From: an uncultured bacterium
GTDB taxonomy: Bacteria > Omnitrophota > Omnitrophia > Omnitrophales > CAZLUT01
Direction of reading: 5' to 3'
DNA length: 64,000 nucleotides
NCBI GenBank assembly: GCA_964562805.1
Contig: CAZLUT010000002.1
Coordinates: 1,172 to 65,171, forward strand
Under the pieces are notes generated by a model, which made no database searches, had not been told where the DNA came from, and saw only the letters and a list, made by a program, of their open reading frames with translations. The translations under genes were made by a program, and so were the position numbers. Positions 30,591 through 39,674 of the stretch are shown in pieces (positions within the stretch are counted from its first letter, which is position 1; every line of letters begins with the position of its first letter).

Positions 30591-31651
30591 AAAGAAAAAA
30601 ACAGATTAAAATCAATAATAAGCCGATAGGTGATGGGGCACCCGTTTTTGTCATAGCGGAAGCCGGTTCTAATCACAATGGAAGTCTAAGGCAAGCAAAG
30701 AAACTTATTGATATTGCTGCTAAGGCGGGGGCGGACGCAGTTAAGTTTCAGACGTTTTCTGCAGATAAATTGTATTCGAAAAAAACCCCGATGATGAGTT
30801 ATCTCAGAAAAAACAAGCTGGTAAAGAAAAAAGAAACGGTTTGGGATCTTCTAAAAAAACTTGAAATTCCGAGAGTTTGGCATTCCGAATTAGCTAAGTA
30901 TTGCCGTTTAAAAAAAATATTTTTTCTTTCGACTCCATTTGATCTAAAGGCTGTTGATCAATTGGAAGCGGTTAATATGGCTGCTTATAAAATCGCCTCA
31001 TATGAAATAACCCATCTTCCTCTCTTGGAGAAAGTTGCAAAAACAGGGAAGCCGATTATTCTGTCGACCGGCATGGCAGATTTGGATGATATTAGGGTTG
31101 CATTAAAAACTATATATAGAACAGGAAATAAAAAAGTTGTTCTTTTGCATTGCGCTATCAACTACCCACCCAAATTTGAAGATCTTCATTTAAAAGCGAT
31201 GCAGACGATAAGGAACGAATTTAAGGTGCCCGTTGGTTTTTCAGATCATACGATGGGACTGACATCCGATGTTGCTGCTGTTGCTTTAGGGGCATGCGTA
31301 ATTGAAAAACATTATACGATTAGCCGGAAGCTCGAAGGCCCTGACCATTCTTTTTCATTGGAGCCTGACGAATTAAAAAACATGATCCAAGGTATCCGCG
31401 ACACCGAACGTGCTTTGGGCCTACCAATTAAACGAGCGACAAAAGCGGAAAAGGAAATGTATCGTCTTGGCCGGAGAAGTTTGGTTGCGGCCTGCAGCAT
31501 TCCAAAGGGAGCCAAAATATCTCGTAGGATGATCGAAGTAAAAAGACCGGGCTTTGGAATTCCAACCAAAGATATGAATCAAGTTATTGGCCGGCTAGCA
31601 TCTCGGGATATCGAAACAGACGATATTCTTTCGTGGAAGATGATTCGGTAA
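30587..31651 (+). CDS. NeuB/PseI-family nonulosonic acid synthase with C-terminal SAF domain
   Basis: IAEAGSNHNG, AVKFQ, STPFD, KIASYEI, LSTGM, GFSDHT, IEKHYT, GPDH, RRSL, KRPG. ATG at 30587 overlaps the upstream TGA. Confidence 0.93.
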   Translation: MKRKKQIKINNKPIGDGAPVFVIAEAGSNHNGSLRQAKKLIDIAAKAGADAVKFQTFSADKLYSKKTPMMSYLRKNKLVKKKETVWDLLKKLEIPRVWHSELAKYCRLKKIFFLSTPFDLKAVDQLEAVNMAAYKIASYEITHLPLLEKVAKTGKPIILSTGMADLDDIRVALKTIYRTGNKKVVLLHCAINYPPKFEDLHLKAMQTIRNEFKVPVGFSDHTMGLTSDVAAVALGACVIEKHYTISRKLEGPDHSFSLEPDELKNMIQGIRDTERALGLPIKRATKAEKEMYRLGRRSLVAACSIPKGAKISRRMIEVKRPGFGIPTKDMNQVIGRLASRDIETDDILSWKMIR

Positions 31652-31740
31652 TTTAACCGACGTCTCTTTGTTGCTGTCGGCTGGTTTTTAGGTAACAGAT
31701 TAATCAAAATCATAAATATATTGGTTTTTAAAGATTTATT

Positions 31741-31790
31741 TTGATAAGACTTGACTATTATTGACAACTATAAGCTATTTTTGATAAGAT
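31741..31790 (+). promoter_or_regulatory. Sigma70-type promoter embedded in a 10-bp-phased TTGA direct-repeat array
   Basis: TTGATAAGAC TTGACTATTA TTGACAACTA TAAGCTATTT TTGATAAGAT; TTGACA (31761-31766)-N18-TAAGAT (31785-31790), with a TG extended -10 at 31782-31783. Confidence 0.75.
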
Positions 31791-31839
31791 TTATACGGTC
31801 TCAAAAATAACATAAGAGAATATAGAGGGTTAGTATTAT

Positions 31840-32100
31840 ATGGATGAAATCAAAGAAAATGCTGTTTATACGCCAGCAGAAACTCAAAAAATTTTAAAAA
31901 TCAGTGCAAGCACCATGACTCGCCTCATTAAAAAAGGATTGATTCATGCGGCCAAAATAGGGGGGCAATACCGCATTTTAGGTAAAGAAATTTTAAGAGC
32001 GATGTCGCCAAAATTGGAAGATAAAGTAGGAAAAATATACAACAAAGGCCGGCAATGGGTTCATGAAGACGATGATCCAAACAGAAAGGTCAAAAAATGA
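31840..32100 (+). CDS. Small excisionase/MerR-like (HTH_17) DNA-binding protein
   Basis: YTPAETQKILKISASTMTRLIKKGLIHAAKIGGQYRI matches the Xis/BldC-like winged-HTH pattern; the stop overlaps the pseB start (ATGA). Confidence 0.85.
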   Translation: MDEIKENAVYTPAETQKILKISASTMTRLIKKGLIHAAKIGGQYRILGKEILRAMSPKLEDKVGKIYNKGRQWVHEDDDPNRKVKK

Positions 32101-33095
32101 AAGATTTTTTCAAAAATAAGACAATTTTAGTCACGGGCGGCACAGGATCGTTTGGTAAAAAATTCATTAAAATGACTCTCGAAAACTTTTCACCAAAAAA
32201 AGTAATTATTTATTCCAGGGACGAAATGAAACAGTGGGAAATGCAGGATGAGTATAAAGAGTACGATAAAAGAAATGTGCTTAGGTATTTTATAGGCGAT
32301 GTTAGAGACCGAGAGCGTTTAGAGAGGGCATTCCACGGTGTTGATTATGTGGTGCATGCTGCCGCAACTAAAATTGTACCGACAGCAGAATACAATCCAA
32401 TTGAATGCATCAAGACCAACGTCAATGGCGCTATTAACGTGATTGATGCTGCAATTGACCAAAAGGTAAAAAGAGTCGTAGCTCTTAGCACCGACAAGGC
32501 AAGTAATCCTATTAATTTGTATGGTGCTACCAAGTTATGTTCCGATAAATTGTTTGTGGCTGCAAACGCATACACAGGAGACCAAGATACTCGTTTGTCT
32601 GTTGTTAGATATGGGAATGTGATGGGTAGTCGCGGCTCTATCATTCCTTTTTTTAGGTCTATCAAAAGCAAAAATAAGATTCCAATTACAGATATAAGGA
32701 TGACACGATTCATGATCACACTTGAGCAGGGTGTGGAATTGGTTTGGCTGGCGTTGCATGAAGCAATCGGTGGTGAGATCTATGTGCCTAAAATCCCTTC
32801 GATGAAGGTGGTTGATATTGCCAAAGGAATCGCACCAAACGCTGAACACAATATTATAGGGATCCGACCTGGAGAGAAGATACATGAATCGCTGATTAGC
32901 GAAGAAGATGCTCGAAATACTTATGAATATAAGGATTGTTACAAGATCCTGCCGGCTATTTATGATTGGCATGAATGTGCGACTCGAATAGGTGACGGAA
33001 AGAGGTGTGAGGAGGGTTTTTCTTATGCAAGCGGTAACAATTCCAAATGGATGACAAGTGAAGAACTGTCTAACTGGATGGAGAGGGAATATTAA
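32097..33095 (+). CDS. pseB: UDP-N-acetylglucosamine 4,6-dehydratase (inverting)
   Basis: TGGTGSFG, YSRDEMKQ, HAAATKIVPTAEYNP, LSTDKA.NPINLYGATKL, RYGNVMGSRGS, GIRPGEKIHE. Confidence 0.93.
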   Translation: MKDFFKNKTILVTGGTGSFGKKFIKMTLENFSPKKVIIYSRDEMKQWEMQDEYKEYDKRNVLRYFIGDVRDRERLERAFHGVDYVVHAAATKIVPTAEYNPIECIKTNVNGAINVIDAAIDQKVKRVVALSTDKASNPINLYGATKLCSDKLFVAANAYTGDQDTRLSVVRYGNVMGSRGSIIPFFRSIKSKNKIPITDIRMTRFMITLEQGVELVWLALHEAIGGEIYVPKIPSMKVVDIAKGIAPNAEHNIIGIRPGEKIHESLISEEDARNTYEYKDCYKILPAIYDWHECATRIGDGKRCEEGFSYASGNNSKWMTSEELSNWMEREY

Positions 33096-33558
33096 TAGTA
33101 AAAAAAATTTCACCGTTAGAGTTGCCAGGCAGCCCGATTCAGATTGCTTGTTTGCGTGGCGAAATGATGCCGAGACGATTAGAAATTCACTAACTGGTAA
33201 ATGCGTTACAAGAAAAGAACATGAGAAATGGTTTAAAAATGTTATTAACTCGCCGGAATACAAAATTTTTATTGCGGTCAAACCCAACCATCATCCAATA
33301 GGAGTTGTTCGATACACGATGAAGAAAAAGAAAAATTTTGAAGTACATATCAATTTAAATCCCCGGGAGCGCGGCAAAGGGTGGGGAAGCCGCCTCATTA
33401 AGCGGTGTAACAACCTTTTAAAAAGATCTGCTGCTGGAAGCCGAGTGGTAGCCCAGGTTAAAGAAGATAATTTTCCATCGCAATCAGTTTTTGAAAGGGC
33501 CGGTTACCGGCGTCACTCAAAAACTGGCGGAACGATTACTTACCAGTCAATTCTATAA
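33058..33558 (+). CDS. GNAT N-acetyltransferase, PseH-like (start uncertain)
   Basis: LFAWRND, EHEKWF, IGVVRY, RGKGWG, N.PSQSVFERAGY. Confidence 0.8.
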   Translation: MKNCLTGWRGNINSKKNFTVRVARQPDSDCLFAWRNDAETIRNSLTGKCVTRKEHEKWFKNVINSPEYKIFIAVKPNHHPIGVVRYTMKKKKNFEVHINLNPRERGKGWGSRLIKRCNNLLKRSAAGSRVVAQVKEDNFPSQSVFERAGYRRHSKTGGTITYQSIL

Positions 33559-33566
33559 ATAATGCC

Positions 33567-34118
33567 GTGTTAGTAAAATTTCAATCCTCAAATTTTACTT
33601 TATCGGGCAATAAAATCTGCCTCAATATTTTTTCAGATCAATATATTGCAGCAGATTATGTAAGTTGGTTTAATGATCAAGAAGTTTGTAAATTTAATAG
33701 ACATGGCGAAACTGTTTATACTCTTGAAAAAGCAAAAGAATATTATGAAGGCATCAAAAAATCTGAAAATATTATTGTTTTTGCCATTTGCGACAACAAA
33801 ACGAACAAGCATGTTGGCAATGTTAGCTTAGATATTTCCGGACAAAACAAATCAGGCGATATTGCGATTATTATCGGTAATAAAGATTATTGGGGTAAAG
33901 GTGTGGCAACCGAGGCGTTTGGTTTAGTGATCAATTTTGCGTTCAATAGCCTTAACCTGAACGAAGTGACTGCAGGTATGACAACTAACAACATGGGAAT
34001 GATTGGTGTTGTTGAAAAATTAGGATTTCAAAAAAAAGGTATCTCGAAAGATGCTCTTAAAAAAAAGAACGTTTACATGGACGTCGTCCAATGGGCGATG
34101 AGCAACCCAAAAAATTGA
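33567..34118 (+). CDS. GNAT N-acetyltransferase, RimJ/RimL-like
   Basis: YVSWFNDQEV, HVGNVSL, IIIGNKDYWGKGVATEA, EKLGF. Confidence 0.85.
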   Translation: MLVKFQSSNFTLSGNKICLNIFSDQYIAADYVSWFNDQEVCKFNRHGETVYTLEKAKEYYEGIKKSENIIVFAICDNKTNKHVGNVSLDISGQNKSGDIAIIIGNKDYWGKGVATEAFGLVINFAFNSLNLNEVTAGMTTNNMGMIGVVEKLGFQKKGISKDALKKKNVYMDVVQWAMSNPKN

Positions 34119-34178
34119 ACAATTGCTGATGTTGCGGAACAGCTGAAAAAGTTCAAATAAATTAAAAAGGAGAAAAAA

Positions 34179-35312
34179 ATGCGTTATTGTAAAAAGTGTG
34201 TACAGCCTGATACAAGACCTGGAATATATTTTAATAAGGAAGGAATCTGTGGGGCTTGTTTGCACCAAGACGAAGTAAATAGTGGGATTGATTGGAATGC
34301 CCGTGAGCAGGAATTAAAGGAAATCGCAGAGTGGGCTAAGAAAACCACCAAGGCCCCCTACGATTGTGTTATCGGAGTGAGCGGGGGCAAAGACAGTACT
34401 TTTCAAGCCCTCTATGCAAGAGATAGATTAGGATTGAGAGTATTGCTAGTTAATAGCGAGCCCGAAGGTATTAGTGAAATAGGAGCCCATAATATAGAGA
34501 ATCTGATTAATTTAGGATTTGATACAGTTAAAATGCGACCAAATCCGAAAATCATCAAGCAGTTAATGAAGCGGGATTTTTACAAATACCTGAATCCCGT
34601 AAAGATCACAGAGTATTCACTATGGTCTTCTGCTTATATTATTGCTGATAAATTTGAGATACCTTTGATCATTCAGGGAGAGAATCCAGGATTAACCTTA
34701 GGTGTAAGAAATACCGGTGTAGGTACAGACAGTAACGCCCTGAACGCAAACAAGCAGAATACCCTTTCTGAAGACTGGAGATCATACATTAGCGATGAAA
34801 TAAGTGAAAAAGACATGTATTTTTATCATTACGATAGAGAATCCATGAAGAAAAAAGGGATAAGAGGTGTATGGCTTCAGTATTACGCAAGAGAATGGTC
34901 TCCGCCTCATAATGTTGAGTTTTCTATAAAAAACGGATTAACTGTCAGGCAGGATTTTGACCCTAAGGATATCGGTTCTTATATCGGCTATTTTCAGATG
35001 GACTCAGATCTAGTGCAAGTTAACCAGCTTTTAAAATACATAAAATTTGGTTTCGGTCAATGTACGGATCATGCCTGCTATGAGATTAGAATAGGAAAGA
35101 TAACGAGAGAACAGGGAGTAGAGTATGTAAAAAATTATGATGGAAAATGTGCCGACCGCTTTATTCAAACGTTTTGTGATTATCTTGGGATCACGGTGAA
35201 AGAATTTTGGAAGGTGGCTGATTCTTTTCGAGGGGACATGTGGAAGAAGAGTCCTAGCGAAGAATGGTTATTGAGAGATCCGGTATGGGAACAGGAAATA
35301 GCAAACGCATAA
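34179..35312 (+). CDS. N-acetyl sugar amidotransferase (WbuX/PseA-like)
   Basis: MRYCKKCVQPDTRPG..F...GICGAC; PP-loop YDCVIGVSGGKDS; KYIKFGFG; IRIGKITRE; AAGGAG RBS. Confidence 0.9.
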   Translation: MRYCKKCVQPDTRPGIYFNKEGICGACLHQDEVNSGIDWNAREQELKEIAEWAKKTTKAPYDCVIGVSGGKDSTFQALYARDRLGLRVLLVNSEPEGISEIGAHNIENLINLGFDTVKMRPNPKIIKQLMKRDFYKYLNPVKITEYSLWSSAYIIADKFEIPLIIQGENPGLTLGVRNTGVGTDSNALNANKQNTLSEDWRSYISDEISEKDMYFYHYDRESMKKKGIRGVWLQYYAREWSPPHNVEFSIKNGLTVRQDFDPKDIGSYIGYFQMDSDLVQVNQLLKYIKFGFGQCTDHACYEIRIGKITREQGVEYVKNYDGKCADRFIQTFCDYLGITVKEFWKVADSFRGDMWKKSPSEEWLLRDPVWEQEIANA

Positions 35313-35382
35313 CCAAGACAAGAAAGAAAACAAAAATTTTTTTTCTTGTTGCAAAATTTAACGAACCATTTTTTGATTATTT

Positions 35383-37260
35383 ATGAGTATATTCTATCTA
35401 GTCGAAGATGATGATGCTTCCCTCGATTATTCGGATGGTACCATTGTCTCGCTGACACCTAAGGCTAACGAGTCTTTACGCCGCCGGGGATTAAAATATA
35501 AAATCATTGAGGATTATTATTCAGAAAAAGAATTATGCGCAAATGAGGTAGATTATTTTGATGCGCAGCTGAAATGGTTTGACGAATTTGATGAATTTTT
35601 AAAGAAAAATATTTCATTTTGTCATAAGTACGATATTGGCCTTGCCGCCGCTCACCATAATCGAATTATTTATCTTGTTGATTCCTTGATCATTCGTGCT
35701 CGGATATTGGAAGAGTTTGTTAAAAATACAAAACCAAGTGAAATACGCATTGTTAGCCTGGGCACTAAGAACGAAGGGGATTTCTCGATTTATAATTTTT
35801 TTAGAAAAGAACGCTGGTCTCTTTTACCTTTGATTAAACTTAATTCTAACGAAAAGATAAAAGGAATATCCGTGCGATGGATGACAAGAGATTTAGCAGA
35901 AACAAAAGCTTTATTTAGTCCTAGCAATAAAACAAGCCCCTTTTCACAATTGGCTAAACCGGTATTTAAAGAATGTATCGCCCCCTTCAAGCGATATTTT
36001 TATTATAAGAAAATCGCTGACCATTTGATTGAAAAGCCGGCCCAATCTTTGCATTCCATTCTTCTTCTTGATGCAGGCTCTGCGGCAATTGATTTTTTGA
36101 TGGGGAAGGTGATTCGTTCAGGAGGTCGCGTATTTTTCAAAGATAATGATGAAATATCTTTGATTAATTCTTTGACAGGGCAAAAGCAGAAGATATCAGA
36201 GGCAAGTAGTCTCGAAACCATGAGTCATGAGGAATGTAAAAAGGCGGCAGATAAATTAGCCGTTTCCGGGCTTTTAGAATGGGTCAATCAATATACAAAT
36301 CTTGATATTACTGCAATTGTTGAACCTTATCTGAGACACTTCATCGAAAGAATAATTCCTAAGATTATCAAAGAAATTAGATATCTGTTGGATTTTTTAA
36401 AGCAAAATTCTGTCGATGCTATAGTCGCAAGAGCTAGCGTGGGAGAAAACTACACGGCAGCGCTGCTAGCAGCTCAGATTTTAAATATTCCTAGGATTTG
36501 TTTTCAGCATAGCGTAGGTCCCCTGGATATGAAAAGCTGGGTAGTTGATGAGCTTAATTTGTTTGATCATAATTTTGCAATCAGTACGCCTTCCAGGCAA
36601 TATTTTGAAAAAGAAGCAGCCCAAAACCCTAAATTTTCATGTAAAATTCGAGAATGCTCAGATAACCTGCTTGCGTTAAAAAAACAGCGCAAACAACCGC
36701 AAAACGCAAAGCCTTGTCTTATTTATTGTCCGTCTAAAGTGCCTTTTGGGATGCGGCATTTTAATACATTATATTATCCGGTGACTTGGTATTTTGAATT
36801 TCAAAAGCAAATACTTACCTTATTATCCAATAATTCCGAGTATGATATTATTTATAAACATTTAGACAGCCAAGAATGGGCCAATCAATCGGTTATCCCG
36901 TGGCTTAAAGAAAAGAATTTTCAAAATATTCAAATTAAAACAGGCCCTTTTAAGCGGTATTTAAATAAGGCCGATCGGGTTTTATTTGATTATCCATCAA
37001 CAGGTTTATTCGAAACGGCAGCTGCTGGGATTCCGGTTTTTTCGCTATGTTATGATTCTGGGAAAATATGGCCGTCAATGCAGGAAGTTTTTGGCCGTTC
37101 CCTCCAGTATTTTAGCGATATTCAAGATGCCTTAGATAAAATCAGCGGATATTTAAAGGATCCAGCAGATCTTTATAAGATCAATCTTCCTTTATCCGAC
37201 TCAAATAATTCAGAATATTTGAGTCGCATTATCGCAAGAAAAAAAGAAGTTTATGTCTAA
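35383..37260 (+). CDS. Hypothetical protein, candidate GT-B glycosyl/nonulosonyl transferase
   Basis: Soluble, 625 aa; C-terminal FQHS, YKH and D.PSTGLFETAAAGIPV motifs resemble GT-B sugar-nucleotide-binding domains; lies just before the flippase. Confidence 0.5.
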   Translation: MSIFYLVEDDDASLDYSDGTIVSLTPKANESLRRRGLKYKIIEDYYSEKELCANEVDYFDAQLKWFDEFDEFLKKNISFCHKYDIGLAAAHHNRIIYLVDSLIIRARILEEFVKNTKPSEIRIVSLGTKNEGDFSIYNFFRKERWSLLPLIKLNSNEKIKGISVRWMTRDLAETKALFSPSNKTSPFSQLAKPVFKECIAPFKRYFYYKKIADHLIEKPAQSLHSILLLDAGSAAIDFLMGKVIRSGGRVFFKDNDEISLINSLTGQKQKISEASSLETMSHEECKKAADKLAVSGLLEWVNQYTNLDITAIVEPYLRHFIERIIPKIIKEIRYLLDFLKQNSVDAIVARASVGENYTAALLAAQILNIPRICFQHSVGPLDMKSWVVDELNLFDHNFAISTPSRQYFEKEAAQNPKFSCKIRECSDNLLALKKQRKQPQNAKPCLIYCPSKVPFGMRHFNTLYYPVTWYFEFQKQILTLLSNNSEYDIIYKHLDSQEWANQSVIPWLKEKNFQNIQIKTGPFKRYLNKADRVLFDYPSTGLFETAAAGIPVFSLCYDSGKIWPSMQEVFGRSLQYFSDIQDALDKISGYLKDPADLYKINLPLSDSNNSEYLSRIIARKKEVYV

Positions 37261-38722
37261 AAGAAAAGAGATTTTGAAGCAGGCCGGAGTTTATTCAGGC
37301 GGCTCTGTATTAACGCAATTGATCACTGTGGTTGCCGGTATTTTATGCCGGCGTTTTTTAGGGCCGCTTCAAATGGGTATCTGGTCAACTCTTCAAATTA
37401 TTCTCGACTATTCTAAATATTCGACGCTAGGCGTCATGAATGCTGTCTCCCGTGAAATTCCTTACCATATGGGGAAGGGAGAAGAAGGCGCTGCTGAGAA
37501 GATTAAAAATATTACGTTTACCTTTATTGTTGTCACTTCTATTTTTATTGGCCTATGCTTTGTTGGTTTTGTTTTGTTGACACGCGGATATTTTACGCCG
37601 GAATTGACTTACGGCCTTTTTTTTATTGCCGCGATTATCTTTTTGCAAAGAATTAATAATTTATTTATTTCGCTTCTAAGAAGTTATAAAGAATTTTCTT
37701 TAGCAGCAAAACAAATGGTTTTATCTGCTCTAGTAAATGCGGTCTTGGTAGCTTTTTTGACATATTTTTTTAAAATTTATGGGTTCATGTGCTCTGTGGC
37801 GCTGAGTTTTGTTTTTAATATTGTTTATATACAGCTGCATTACAAATTTCATTTTCGCTGGCAATTCAGCTTGAGGCCGCTTTGGCCCCTTATTAGATTT
37901 GGATTTCCTTTAATGATTATTGGTTTATTAATAACCGTGCTCAGAAGCATTGATAAGATCATGATCGTTAAAATGCTAGGATTTGAAAGTTTGGGTCTTT
38001 ATAGTATCGCGATAATGATTTATGGCTATGCGGGCAGCTTTTCCACATCAATTGCCGTTGTGCTATTTCCTCACTTTCAGGAAAAATTCGGAAAAAGTGA
38101 TAGGCCGGAAGATCTTAAAAATTATCTGTTAAAAGCATCAAAGGCATTCGCCCTATCCATGCCGGTCATTATTGGATTAATTTGGACAGCGGCACCTTTT
38201 TTCGCCGCATGGTTTCTTCCACAGTACATTTCGGGTATTCCGGCAATGAAAAACTTAAGTTTGGCCTTATTTTTTATTGCCCTTACGCAGCCCTATCAAG
38301 ATTTTTTAATTACAACTAAAAAACATTTCTTTTTATTCCCTTTGCTCAGTCTTTCTTCTTTGCTCGCTTTTCTTCTTGATTACGCGGTTATACGTTTGGG
38401 ATATGGAATTACTGGCGTTGCATATATGACAGCCATGGTATTTATGATCAATTTTATAACGACTTATCTTTTAAGTGCCCGTTATATTGCGGATCGGAAG
38501 ACCATTATTGTTTATTTATTGAAATTTTTTGCGTGTTTTGCATATTTAATACTAATTCTTTTTGGTATCAATTCATCAATATCGGTTGAAGCCTTATCCC
38601 TAAAAGAAGCTATTGTAAAAACGGCCGTCTTTTTATTATTATGTTTACCTTATTTCATAGTATTAAACAAAGAGTTTGGACTGATTGCCTTGATTAAAAA
38701 GAAATTTATTGGAGAAAAATAA
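37253..38722 (+). CDS. wzx: Wzx-type oligosaccharide flippase (MOP superfamily)
   Basis: Polytopic; RRFLGPLQMG, FGFPL, IDKIMIVKMLG...LGLYSIA, VLFP. Confidence 0.85.
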   Translation: MSKRKEILKQAGVYSGGSVLTQLITVVAGILCRRFLGPLQMGIWSTLQIILDYSKYSTLGVMNAVSREIPYHMGKGEEGAAEKIKNITFTFIVVTSIFIGLCFVGFVLLTRGYFTPELTYGLFFIAAIIFLQRINNLFISLLRSYKEFSLAAKQMVLSALVNAVLVAFLTYFFKIYGFMCSVALSFVFNIVYIQLHYKFHFRWQFSLRPLWPLIRFGFPLMIIGLLITVLRSIDKIMIVKMLGFESLGLYSIAIMIYGYAGSFSTSIAVVLFPHFQEKFGKSDRPEDLKNYLLKASKAFALSMPVIIGLIWTAAPFFAAWFLPQYISGIPAMKNLSLALFFIALTQPYQDFLITTKKHFFLFPLLSLSSLLAFLLDYAVIRLGYGITGVAYMTAMVFMINFITTYLLSARYIADRKTIIVYLLKFFACFAYLILILFGINSSISVEALSLKEAIVKTAVFLLLCLPYFIVLNKEFGLIALIKKKFIGEK

Positions 38723-39654
38723 TGAATTGTCGAATCGTTGTCTTGAACTATAACGGCGAGCATTATATTAAAAAATGTCTCCCTTCCATCTTGAAAGCGG
38801 CCCAAGGCGCGTCGCACCCGGCTCGAGTAACTGTTTTGGATAATCAGAGCACGGACCGGAGCCTCGAAATTATTCACTCGCAATTTCCGGAAGTTGAAGT
38901 GGATGTGGCGCCCGAAAACAAAGTTTATTGCTCTTATAATGACTATTTCCGAAAAATAGAAGAGCCGATCGTTATTATTCTTAATAATGATATTCGAGTA
39001 GAAGAAGATTTCATCGACCCTTTGCTAAAGGCCTTCGAAGAAGATCCTGGACTTTTTTTAGTCACCCCGAAAACAATGAATTTTGACGGCACCGAATACG
39101 AAGGCGGAATAAGCCAAAGCCGGATCAAATTTGGACTTTTTTGGCATAGCAGCCGGTTTTTGGGATACGAAAGAAAGCTTCATATCCCAAGCTGTACCAT
39201 GGCAGCAGGATTTGGCGCCTTTAACAGAAAAAAGTTATTAGAGCTAGGCGGCTTCGACGATCTTTTTTTACCTGGGCGGTTGGAAGATAATGATGTCTGT
39301 TTTCGCGCCTGGCGGATAGGATGGGAGTGTTATTATGTGCCGCAATCCATCGTCTACCATGTAGGCGGAAAGGCTTTTCATGACAAATTTGGAAAGCGGG
39401 AAACTCTTATTTTAGGACACCGGAATTCTTTTCTTTTTTTCTGGAAAAATATTCGTTCATTTCGGTATTGGTTTGAGCATCTGCTGCTGCTGGGACCAAG
39501 GCTTTCGTTTGCGATTTTAACAGGAAATCGAGAGTTGGCAGTCGGATTTAAAAGAGCTTTACCGCTTCTGAAGGAGGCTTTTAAAAGGAGGCGAGCTACA
39601 GAAAATGAATCCTCAGCAAGAAAAGATAAAGAAATTTTTAAAATGGTTCCTTAA
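38722..39654 (+). CDS. Glycosyltransferase family 2
   Basis: VVLNYNG, DNQSTD, LNND, GGFDDLF, EDNDVCFRAW. Confidence 0.9.
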   Translation: MNCRIVVLNYNGEHYIKKCLPSILKAAQGASHPARVTVLDNQSTDRSLEIIHSQFPEVEVDVAPENKVYCSYNDYFRKIEEPIVIILNNDIRVEEDFIDPLLKAFEEDPGLFLVTPKTMNFDGTEYEGGISQSRIKFGLFWHSSRFLGYERKLHIPSCTMAAGFGAFNRKKLLELGGFDDLFLPGRLEDNDVCFRAWRIGWECYYVPQSIVYHVGGKAFHDKFGKRETLILGHRNSFLFFWKNIRSFRYWFEHLLLLGPRLSFAILTGNRELAVGFKRALPLLKEAFKRRRATENESSARKDKEIFKMVP

Positions 39655-39674
39655 TCTTTAGGAAGGTTCTGCAA

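Noticed and set aside
31840-32100. Excisionase marking a prophage or integrative element
   Set aside because: No integrase, att-like repeats, tRNA or phage genes in the window; the gene is translationally coupled to pseB.
32535-33287. 250-aa minus-strand ORF
   Set aside because: Antisense shadow of well-supported pseB and GNAT genes; no recognisable motifs.
34116-34118. Genome-wide TGA recoding
   Set aside because: Many conserved genes end at TGA at their expected C-termini, often in ATGA overlaps, so the standard code applies.
35318-35349. ACAAGAAA...TTTCTTGT inverted repeat as a terminator
   Set aside because: AT-rich weak stem with a long loop; may be chance in low-complexity sequence.
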